Of a stretch of 13,381 bases of DNA, positions 1 to 7,253 are shown in pieces. The translations under genes were made by a program, and so were the position numbers. The DNA lies in NCBI GenBank assembly GCA_050246815.1, contig JBFWVI010000069.1, positions 1 through 13,381 of the forward strand, read 5' to 3'. Numbering within the stretch: the stretch's first letter is position 1; every line of letters starts with the position of its first letter. Below the pieces are notes generated by a model, which was not told the DNA's origin, did not search any database, and saw only the letters and a list, made by a program, of their open reading frames with translations. This DNA is from Bdellovibrionales bacterium (GTDB taxonomy: Bacteria; Bdellovibrionota; Bdellovibrionia; Bdellovibrionales; UBA1609).

Positions 1-68
1 CTTAGCCATAGGCCCAACAGAAATGAAACTAAAGTGATTAATAGAATAGGGCGAAGCTTTTGTCGCAT
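1..68 (-). CDS. 5' end of a gene running off the window; N-terminal signal peptide or membrane anchor
   Basis: Manual translation from ATG at 68: MRQKLRPILLITLVSFLLGLWL..., open to the window edge. AAGGG lies just upstream; 46 bp downstream of the co-oriented vWA gene. Not in the ORF track. Confidence 0.65.
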   Translation of the reverse strand, partial: MRQKLRPILLITLVSFLLGLWL

Positions 69-114
69 CGCCCTTGAGTATAGGAATTAACCTTAAGGTT
101 CGGCAATTTGAATT

Positions 115-1215
115 TTATCCACCCAGACTGACGGGGTCAAAGTTCACCGAAATTGAAGAACCCTGTGGTGGCACAGCCGTGCCCTGGAACATAATGCTAT
201 TGGCCACCGCGTTGTAGTACCAGCCGTTACCGGGGCTGGTGGAAACATTCGGTACGTCAACACCATTGATTTTGACCGCGATGGTGGATTCGATCGGGAT
301 GCGGCTTAAGTAAAACTGAGTCGAAAGTTCAAGGATGTTGTCTGCGATCAAAGACAAGCCGGTGGCGAAGTTGCCACAAAGCGAAAAACGGGTACCGCCA
401 GTCAGATCAGCCAACTGATTCACTCGGGTGGCAATGCGACGGCCTGCCCCCAAGGAATCACGGCAAGCCACATCTTGAATGGCGATCGAATGAACATTGT
501 ACCTGCGGCGAGTGTCCGTCGAACCAGTCAGGGTGTCCAAGTGCTGTTTGTAGCTGGCCACGGTATGCAGATTGGTGTTGCTGTACTGGCCATCCAAATA
601 GTTCGTGCCGTCGTGACTGAAATCATCTTCATCGGTCAGAATTATCACCGCCAAAAAGCTTTCTGCGCGTAAAAAGCCAGCATTTAAGGTGCTGTCCAAA
701 GCGACTTTCATGCTTTGGAACATGCGCTCATCACCCAGTCCCGTCACCCCTAATGAAACGTTGGTTAAGAAGGTGCTTGCCAGATTGGGTGTCAGTTCGT
801 TCATCACAAACACACCGGAGTGGCTGGTGTAGCCATCGCGGAATCTGCTCCAGGTATTTTGCGCCTGCGCTTTCAGGTAATGATTAGAGGGCAGACTATT
901 GTAAATAGAAGTCATGGTGGGCAATGCGATGTAGTTGTCGGTGGCGGCTACACCCATTTGAAAATCCAAATTGCGATCGGCGAACCCCTCGATGAAGTTC
1001 GGAAAATTGTTGGCCAAATTGCTTTGAGAAGTGGCCATCGAGCCCGAATTGTCGACCACCCAGAGGATATCAATTTCGGTATTGCTTGATTGTGTGTTTT
1101 GCTGAAAGGTGTCGCCATCGGGTAAAATTGAGAACGAGGCGGTATCTTCGCCGCATCCTGTGGACGCGATCAAGACGGCCAGTAAACATGCGCCCAGCCA
1201 GATTTGAGTCCTCAT
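115..1215 (-). CDS. von Willebrand factor A (MIDAS) domain lipoprotein, putative surface adhesin of the myxobacterial/Bdellovibrio type
   Basis: DILWVVDNSGSM (DxSxS MIDAS motif), FLAVIILTDEDD and a beta-rich C-terminal domain. Lipoprotein signal MRTQIWLGACLLAVLIASTG-C. Start placed at ATG 1215 because AGGAGG (1230-1225) lies 9 nt upstream. Confidence 0.85.
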   Translation of the reverse strand: MRTQIWLGACLLAVLIASTGCGEDTASFSILPDGDTFQQNTQSSNTEIDILWVVDNSGSMATSQSNLANNFPNFIEGFADRNLDFQMGVAATDNYIALPTMTSIYNSLPSNHYLKAQAQNTWSRFRDGYTSHSGVFVMNELTPNLASTFLTNVSLGVTGLGDERMFQSMKVALDSTLNAGFLRAESFLAVIILTDEDDFSHDGTNYLDGQYSNTNLHTVASYKQHLDTLTGSTDTRRRYNVHSIAIQDVACRDSLGAGRRIATRVNQLADLTGGTRFSLCGNFATGLSLIADNILELSTQFYLSRIPIESTIAVKINGVDVPNVSTSPGNGWYYNAVANSIMFQGTAVPPQGSSISVNFDPVSLGG

Positions 1216-1323
1216 ATGAATACCCCTCCTCAAAAAACCTTCGAAAATCAGCATTCTCGAATTCACTTATGAGTCCGCGTAGTCGACGCGGGGCAGGGGA
1301 TACATGCAACACTCACATATAGC

Positions 1324-1350
1324 TTATCGACGTAGGTCGAGTTCAGTAAA
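1324..1350 (-). promoter_or_regulatory. possible sigma28 (FliA)-type promoter for the vWA gene
   Basis: Minus strand reads TTTA-N15-GTCGATAA versus consensus TAAA-N15-GCCGATAA; the -35 match is weak. Confidence 0.3.
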
Positions 1351-1632
1351 GTAAAGACGGGTGCCTGTGGCGGCATACTAAATGCGCTAAGTTGTTGATG
1401 ATTTTGGCTTGATCCAAAATGGTATGGTTTAAATTGTGGTAACGACTTAACAATTTGCAATTTCGAGTTACATAAAATGTTGCTTTACGACCAAAGACTG
1501 AACATTTTTTTGCAAATTCAGAAGAATTTTTAAGGGCAAAGTGCCCAACAACTTATCACCTGTTTCCACAGTGTTGCCCGCCCCTTAGGCCCGATATAAT
1601 AAGCATTTGGGGTGGGCATAAAATAATCGATC

Positions 1633-1661
1633 TGGTCGATTTTGAGATTCGTATCTATACT
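1633..1661 (+). promoter_or_regulatory. putative sigma70 promoter of the small transcript, overlapped by an inverted repeat
   Basis: TGGTCG-N17-TATACT. AATCGA-tctgg-TCGATT (1625-1641) overlaps the -35. The predicted start (~1668-1670) falls just before a small hairpin. Confidence 0.4.
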
Positions 1662-1702
1662 GCTGTTCAATGCCCTCAAGGGCGAGGAAGGAGGTGGTGC
1701 TA

Positions 1703-1750
1703 ATGGTTAAACCAGTAAGTAAACCAATGGCGGAGGTGATCGCCACCTAA
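1703..1750 (+). CDS. 15-aa small ORF MVKPVSKPMAEVIAT
   Basis: AAGGAGGTG (1688-1696) 6 nt before ATG 1703; TAA at 1748-1750. Confidence 0.5.
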   Translation: MVKPVSKPMAEVIAT

Positions 1751-1814
1751 TCTTTATCAGTCTTTGTGATTGATAATTAGAAAAGGTAGGCGAGTCATTT
1801 TCGCCGTAATCCTT

Positions 1815-1850
1815 ACGAGCCAGAGATCACTCTCTGGCTCGTTTCATTTT
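1815..1850 (+). terminator. intrinsic terminator
   Basis: Perfect 12-bp stem ACGAGCCAGAGA-tcac-TCTCTGGCTCGT followed by TTCATTTT on the + strand. It abuts the stop codon of the convergent permease, so it may act in both directions. Confidence 0.8.
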
Positions 1851-4324
1851 GGGGCCCTTGTCCCCAACCAAATCGGCAGACTACACAAGAAAAAGCTGAT
1901 CAACCCAAGCAGCAGGACCAGGCCGTATTCCTGGGGAAGAGTCCAACGATCAAAAACTTGTTTAACAACCACAGTGGAAAGTCCCAGTCCAATCAAGGTT
2001 CCAGTTAAAAGTGCGGAGCCCGCCAACCAAATGTTTTCACGTGTGAAAAGTGATCTTAATTGGCTACGGCTTGCGCCCAACCACATCAATAGGTTTCTTT
2101 CGTCTTGGCGTTCTTGCCACAAATGCGCTGAAAGCAAAGAGACCAGAAGCAACACCACGCCAAGGCCAGTAAGGGATATGGCGGCGATCGGCAAAATTAA
2201 TTTGCTGACGATTTCACTCAAGCGATCAATTGTGGTGGCCAAGTTGAGAAGTGACAGGCTTGGGAATAGTCGGCTTAATCGGCCTTGTGCCGCAAAAATC
2301 TCTTTTTCTGGTAAGCCATAAATAACAGCTATATAAGATTTAGGGAATTCCTCCAAAACCCCACCCGCGAATTGCATGAAAAAATTGGGTTGAAAGGTGT
2401 TCCACTTTACCGTGCGAAGGTTTTGAACTTGAGCGATCAACGGAAGCCCTGAAACCTCAAATTCAACTTCGTCGCCAATCGTGAGATTATTGCGTTTGGC
2501 GAATTCAATTTCGACTGAAATGCCCGGTAGGCCTTGACCATTAAACAGGGCTGGTAGCGCTTGCCCCGCCACGATTCGTTCGGCCGTGGTCAGTTTTTCA
2601 CGAAAAGTTAATCGCACGGGAAAGCGAGAAATCCATCCCTCGCGCACGGGTTCATTGTTAATTTTCAGAAGGCGCGCCAAAATCAAGGGTGAAGGATGGC
2701 GCAGTTCGGCACCCTCTTTGGCGACCGCATTTTTAAATGGTTCAACATCTTCAGGGCGCACGTTGATAGCAAAAAGTTGCGGCAGGTCACGTTCGCGTGG
2801 CGATTTTAATTCATGGCGGGCCTGCGCCAAGAGATCAGGAATCACCGCACACAAGGTCGCGCTCCAGGCTAAAGCCACCCACACCAATGTGGTCAGCAGG
2901 CGTGGACGAGCCAAGCCCAACCAGGCCAATCGATTGAGCCCCGTTTTTTGCGAACGACGTCCTAATTGAGCGGCCCATGCGGGTAAGCCCTGGCTTGCCA
3001 AAGCCACAAAGCCGATCAAGGTGAGGCTGATCACTGTCGCCACTAGCCACGATTGCTGCAACCACGCTGCCACGGTTGAATAGCCGATCATGGCCAGGCT
3101 GTAGGGCAGTAGATCCTCGCGAGGTCGCGCCATAGGCAGGCTGGGGGCAGATTGATTCAGCAAAACGTCTGGCTCAAGTCTGCGAAAACGAAATGCAAAG
3201 GGCAGAGCAAAAATCAGCGTGTTCATCAGCATTAGGCCAAATGCGATCAAGTAAGATTTTGCTCCCAAGAACAAATACGCGCCGGACGTCAACTGCTGCA
3301 CAATTGGGTTTAAAGATGCAAAAACCACGAGCGTTGCGCCGGCGGCAAGGATCCAGGCTGCAAACATCAATGTTAGGATCTGTAGTGCTGCACCGACTTC
3401 AAGCCACAATGGACGAGCGCCAAAAAGCAAACTCAAGGCTAGGGTCAGAGCTCGGCTGCGCAAGTGGATTTGCAAAAGATAAAACCCACTAATGAAGCCA
3501 AGTAACATCAACAATAAGGTGATCAGACTTAAATAGCTTTCGGCGTAGCCGATGCCTCTTTGCACGCCTGTGATGGCATCCTGGGGAGAGCGGATTACCA
3601 ATTCTTCCGGCCAGTCGATCAACCTGTTTTTTAACTTTTCCACGCTAGACAAATCGTCCGGCTGGGTTTGTGATTTAGAAAACAAGATCGTACTTCGATA
3701 CTGCACCTGGCTTCCGGGTTGGATCAAACCTGTCTCTTGCAGGTCGTCAAGTGAGATGTAGGCGCGTGGAGCAAAACCTGTTGCACCTCTTCGCAGACCC
3801 ACATCGGCATTGATCCAGCCGGTGATTTTGAATGTCAAACTGCCAATCCTGACGGCATCTTGGCGATTGAGCTTCATGCTTTGCCGCAGTTCATCGGCCA
3901 GCCAGATTTCACCACGGCGCAAATTTTTAAAGTCCGCTTTTGAATCGTTTTCGAGCAAAACTTGTCCAACCAGCGGAAAACTTTCGGTCACGGCCTTTAG
4001 TTCAACCAGCGTAGCGCCGTCAGTTGCGCGAAGGCTGGCGTGCAAATCTACTTCTGTCGATAATGCCTGAGGTTGGAAGACTTGTTTGAAGTGATTCAGT
4101 TCTTGTTCGGTGGCGGCGCGATTGGCTAAAATTTGCGCGTCTCCTGTCAATAACTCACGAGCTTTCCCTAAGATCAGTGTCTGCTGTGATTCGCGAAGTC
4201 CCAAGGATAAAAAGAGCGCGAAAAAGCCGACTGTCAGAGCGATCAAGGTTACGGATTGGGCTCTTCGAGTTCGCCATAAATCCAAAATATTCAAGCGTAG
4301 CACGGTCCACAGCGGGTGATTCAC
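1844..4324 (-). CDS. ABC transporter permease, FtsX-like / YbbP family
   Basis: 826 aa with two repeats of periplasmic domain plus TM cluster; motifs ARELLTGD, PQLFAINV, VKWNTFQPNFFM and LGASRSQL. GTG start overlaps the ATPase stop (GTGA). Confidence 0.9.
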   Translation of the reverse strand: MNHPLWTVLRLNILDLWRTRRAQSVTLIALTVGFFALFLSLGLRESQQTLILGKARELLTGDAQILANRAATEQELNHFKQVFQPQALSTEVDLHASLRATDGATLVELKAVTESFPLVGQVLLENDSKADFKNLRRGEIWLADELRQSMKLNRQDAVRIGSLTFKITGWINADVGLRRGATGFAPRAYISLDDLQETGLIQPGSQVQYRSTILFSKSQTQPDDLSSVEKLKNRLIDWPEELVIRSPQDAITGVQRGIGYAESYLSLITLLLMLLGFISGFYLLQIHLRSRALTLALSLLFGARPLWLEVGAALQILTLMFAAWILAAGATLVVFASLNPIVQQLTSGAYLFLGAKSYLIAFGLMLMNTLIFALPFAFRFRRLEPDVLLNQSAPSLPMARPREDLLPYSLAMIGYSTVAAWLQQSWLVATVISLTLIGFVALASQGLPAWAAQLGRRSQKTGLNRLAWLGLARPRLLTTLVWVALAWSATLCAVIPDLLAQARHELKSPRERDLPQLFAINVRPEDVEPFKNAVAKEGAELRHPSPLILARLLKINNEPVREGWISRFPVRLTFREKLTTAERIVAGQALPALFNGQGLPGISVEIEFAKRNNLTIGDEVEFEVSGLPLIAQVQNLRTVKWNTFQPNFFMQFAGGVLEEFPKSYIAVIYGLPEKEIFAAQGRLSRLFPSLSLLNLATTIDRLSEIVSKLILPIAAISLTGLGVVLLLVSLLSAHLWQERQDERNLLMWLGASRSQLRSLFTRENIWLAGSALLTGTLIGLGLSTVVVKQVFDRWTLPQEYGLVLLLGLISFFLCSLPIWLGTRAPK

Positions 4325-4995
4325 GGTGCGCTCCGCAGCTGTCCCTCGGTGAAGTGGTAGCGTTGATCGCAGGCCGCCGCCATTTCCTGGTCGTGGGTGA
4401 CAATCACAAGACCGGCCTTTTGGCGGCGACTTAGTTCGATCAGCAGCTTGATAATTTCGCGACCGGTTTGGCGATCCAAGCTAGCGGTGGGCTCATCGGC
4501 CAAGACCAATTTGGGCGACGTCACAAGTACTCGCGCGATGGCCACGCGTTGGCACTCGCCACGGCTCAATTGATTTGGAAAATGATCGGCTCGTGCATCC
4601 AGTCCAACCAGTTGCAGGGCGTGCTTGGCTTTCTGATGGGCCTCGGTGTGGGATATATTTCTAAAATCCAAAGGTAGACGCACATTTTCAAGAGCTGTGA
4701 GGTGAGGGATCAAATGAAACTGTTGAAAGATCACCCCAATATTGGCGGCCCGGTTTTGCGTCAGTTGGTCAGCGGGCAGATGGGTGAGCTCTTCGCCTGA
4801 GAATAAAATCGAACCCTGATCGCTTCGACTTAAACCCGCCAAGCAAGAAATCAAAGTCGACTTTCCGCAGCCGGATGGGCCCATGATAGCGATACATTGT
4901 CCCGCCGCCAGTTGCATGTTGAGGCCTTGCAAAACATGAATCTGGCGATCACCATCACGGTAGCTTTTGCGCAAATCACGAACCTGCAGCATCAC
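4321..4995 (-). CDS. ABC transporter ATP-binding protein, YbbA/LolD-like
   Basis: Walker A GPSGCGKS, IFQQFHL, signature LSRGECQRVAIAR, Walker B LVLADEPT, H-loop VTHD. Confidence 0.95.
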   Translation of the reverse strand: MMLQVRDLRKSYRDGDRQIHVLQGLNMQLAAGQCIAIMGPSGCGKSTLISCLAGLSRSDQGSILFSGEELTHLPADQLTQNRAANIGVIFQQFHLIPHLTALENVRLPLDFRNISHTEAHQKAKHALQLVGLDARADHFPNQLSRGECQRVAIARVLVTSPKLVLADEPTASLDRQTGREIIKLLIELSRRQKAGLVIVTHDQEMAAACDQRYHFTEGQLRSAP

Positions 4996-5600
4996 AGCAA
5001 TTTCTCCAGGTAAGGTTGTAAAAATAGGCTGATTTTTTCATGCCCCTTGGCGTTTGGATGAAAGCCATCACTTTGGTTTAGTTCTGCCACACCAGCTACT
5101 CCGGTCAGAGGGAATGGCAGCAGAACAATTTTATGGTTTCGCGCTAGCCGCGGGTAAAGTTTTTTGAAGGCGTCTGCGTACTCTTTGCCTAAGTTGGGGA
5201 AGATCTGCATTTGCGCCAAAGCCACAGTGGCCCCCGATTTTTTGCCTAAGTCGATTGCCGCAGCTAAGTTTTTTTCAATTTCTTTGATGTCGGTTAATTG
5301 GCGCGCGTCATTGCCTCCAGAGGCGATCACAATCAACTTCGGTTTGAAACGATTAAGAAAAAAATTAAGACGTGAATTCAAGCTCGAGCTTAAAGAACCG
5401 CTTTCGGCGCCATTAATGACTTTGATGTTGGGAGCCTTCGCCTTGAGCCTGATCGAAAGGCGCTCAGGGTAACTTTCCTCCCGACGAACGCCGTAGCCAG
5501 CCGTGAGCGAATCACCTAAAAACAAAATCACGGATTCGGCGGCGAAAAGCGGGCTGCAAAAAAGTATAAAAAGAAGGGGCACAAGGCGCGTTGTTTTCAT
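4992..5600 (-). CDS. tesA: periplasmic arylesterase / acyl-CoA thioesterase I (GDSL/SGNH hydrolase)
   Basis: Signal peptide, FLGDSLTAGYG, GGND and DGFHPN (SGNH blocks); adjacent to ybbA/ybbP-like genes. Start is ATG 5600 or TTG 5609. Confidence 0.9.
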   Translation of the reverse strand: MKTTRLVPLLFILFCSPLFAAESVILFLGDSLTAGYGVRREESYPERLSIRLKAKAPNIKVINGAESGSLSSSLNSRLNFFLNRFKPKLIVIASGGNDARQLTDIKEIEKNLAAAIDLGKKSGATVALAQMQIFPNLGKEYADAFKKLYPRLARNHKIVLLPFPLTGVAGVAELNQSDGFHPNAKGHEKISLFLQPYLEKLL

Positions 5601-5882
5601 GGGGTACAATATCCTGAGCCATGGGTGAGGATGTGGTCAAAAGCTTCCGGCTTAACGCAACATGATATTGGTGAAGGGTCGATGAAGATCTGGACCTGTC
5701 GCAGGTAAAATCGCTGATCATGAACTAATATTTGGGGATTTGTAAATTTTTTAGAAAAAATGTTGCACAACGAAATAAAACACTTACGATTGGTTTTGTG
5801 GGGGGGCGATGTAAGGCAGGAAACCATGTAGAAGCAAGGACGCTTCACATCGCCTTTTTTTAAAAAATTAAATTTAAAAAAA

Positions 5883-7253
5883 TCAACCCACGGCCTGAAT
5901 GCGAATTGCACCCTTCAAAGACACACGATCAGCTGTCATTTCGATAACTCGCTGAATTGAACTCAGCTCAAATAAAATTTGGTTTAAGCGATGTACGGTC
6001 ATGCGCAAGCGATGTAGATGTTCAGGGGAAAAGCCGCTTTGCCAAAGATGACGAATTAAATCATCCACATCGATTTCGCGTTCTGCGCAAAGTTTTTCAA
6101 AAACCGCGCAAAGAGTGCGCCGCTTGCTCATGTCGAGTGCCTTGCCTTGAAAATAAACCGTGCGGGTGTGGCGGTTGAACTCAAAACTCAGGTCATCATT
6201 GAATACGCGAGATTGAATGCGCTTCATCCAGTAAAAGCGTGAGCTTGGGGATAGCGTGCTGAGCAAAATCGAGAGTTTATTGGCCAGTTCGGCCTGGCAC
6301 TTGGGGTCTTGGGCCAGCTGATGATGCAAAGTCAAAAGACGTAAGTGCGAGGCCCAAGAAAGTTCAGGTGCTGCTTGGTTTAAACGGGCCATATTTTCAT
6401 TGCTGTCGGCGGGACGGTTGATCAATGCGGCAACTTCTCTTTCAAAGGCGTCGCCACAAAGCAAGTGAGGCAGCATCTCTTGAGCGGATGGATGTGTATT
6501 AAACCCTCGGCTTGCGGCTTCCGCCAAATAATCTGCCAATAGAAGTCGTCGATCGGGTGGTTGGGTGCGTGGGTCCGCCCACAAAGCCTGTAAGCGTGAC
6601 CATGCGTGCTGGGGGCCGATCAACTCAATTTCAGTTAGCAATAAGGTGTGTTCCCTTTCAACCATCAGGTCAAAAGTGAGATTCAGCGGTGGTTGAGCCA
6701 AAAGTTCACGGTACCATTGCCCCAACTCCGGTCCTCGACTGAAGAGCGCTTCAAGACGTAGCAATTGGATCAAAGACAAATGAGTTAGATCCGCATCTGC
6801 CGTCTGTTTGCAGCGCAGATAGGACTGGTGGTAGGCTTGCATGGCCTCAGCAACCCGACCATCTTCCTCTAAAAATTTACCCAAGGTTATTTTGGTGCGG
6901 GCCCAGCTCGAAACTGACAGCTGATTTTCAATTGCGGCCAACCGGGCTTGAAGTCGCAGCACACATTGGCGCCACTGATGAATTTCGCCAGTTTGATAAT
7001 AAAGACAGGTCAGCTCGGCCAGTAAACCGACGTGTTCGCCGTAATATCTTTCGGCCAAGAGCAGATTGGATTTCGCGCCTTCTAAATCTCCAGCCAAAAT
7101 CTGAGCTTGAGCGCGAAGATGTAACATAATTCTTTGTTCAGACTGATGAATCGGTTTTTCTAACCGATCTAATAAGCCCAACATCTCTGCAAATTTGCCA
7201 GCTAGTAATAATGCTTCTGCCTCTGCCTGCCATGCTGGGGGGGTATAACTCAC
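5883..7253 (-). CDS. TPR-like helical protein with C-terminal OmpR/PhoB-like winged helix; putative transcription regulator
   Basis: TPR-like segments (LRAQAQILAGDLEGAKSNL, LGKFLEEDGRVAEAMQAY). C-terminal DDLIRHLWQ...LRMTVHRLNQIL resembles a trans_reg_C winged helix. No signal peptide; GTG overlaps the upstream stop. Confidence 0.7.
   Translation of the reverse strand: MSYTPPAWQAEAEALLLAGKFAEMLGLLDRLEKPIHQSEQRIMLHLRAQAQILAGDLEGAKSNLLLAERYYGEHVGLLAELTCLYYQTGEIHQWRQCVLRLQARLAAIENQLSVSSWARTKITLGKFLEEDGRVAEAMQAYHQSYLRCKQTADADLTHLSLIQLLRLEALFSRGPELGQWYRELLAQPPLNLTFDLMVEREHTLLLTEIELIGPQHAWSRLQALWADPRTQPPDRRLLLADYLAEAASRGFNTHPSAQEMLPHLLCGDAFEREVAALINRPADSNENMARLNQAAPELSWASHLRLLTLHHQLAQDPKCQAELANKLSILLSTLSPSSRFYWMKRIQSRVFNDDLSFEFNRHTRTVYFQGKALDMSKRRTLCAVFEKLCAEREIDVDDLIRHLWQSGFSPEHLHRLRMTVHRLNQILFELSSIQRVIEMTADRVSLKGAIRIQAVG

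Larger units (their letters stand above)
1669..1850 (+). ncRNA. candidate structured small RNA / small-peptide mRNA, family not recognised
   Basis: Promoter-like element upstream; hairpins at 1672-1683, 1754-1776, 1783-1814 and 1815-1842; a + strand U-tract. Both neighbouring genes are on the - strand. Confidence 0.6.

Noticed and set aside
1371..1386. CGGCATACTAAATGCG as a sigma54 -24/-12 promoter
   Set aside because: GG-N10-GC spacing fits, but the match is partial and no + strand gene starts nearby.
1400..1600. AT-rich region with DnaA-box-like words as a replication origin
   Set aside because: No perfect TTATCCACA box, only two or three degenerate ones, and no dnaA/dnaN/gidA context.
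1732..1741. GGAGGTGATC as a fragment of a 16S rRNA gene
   Set aside because: The similarity is limited to 10 nt and the flanks are not rRNA-like; treated as an SD element instead.
4555..4569. ABC signature reads LSRGE instead of LSGGE/Q
   Set aside because: That position tolerates variation, and all other ATPase motifs are intact.
1770..5472. Numerous + strand ORFs (e.g. 1770-2321, 2586-2969) opposite the ABC operon
   Set aside because: Antisense shadows of well-supported genes with no recognisable motifs. The same applies to the short ORFs inside the other large genes.
5610..5882. AT-rich spacer with long A/T tracts and short ORFs (5597-5911, 5512-5721)
   Set aside because: The ORFs overlap real genes and look non-coding; no convincing structure. 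Probably ordinary promoter DNA.
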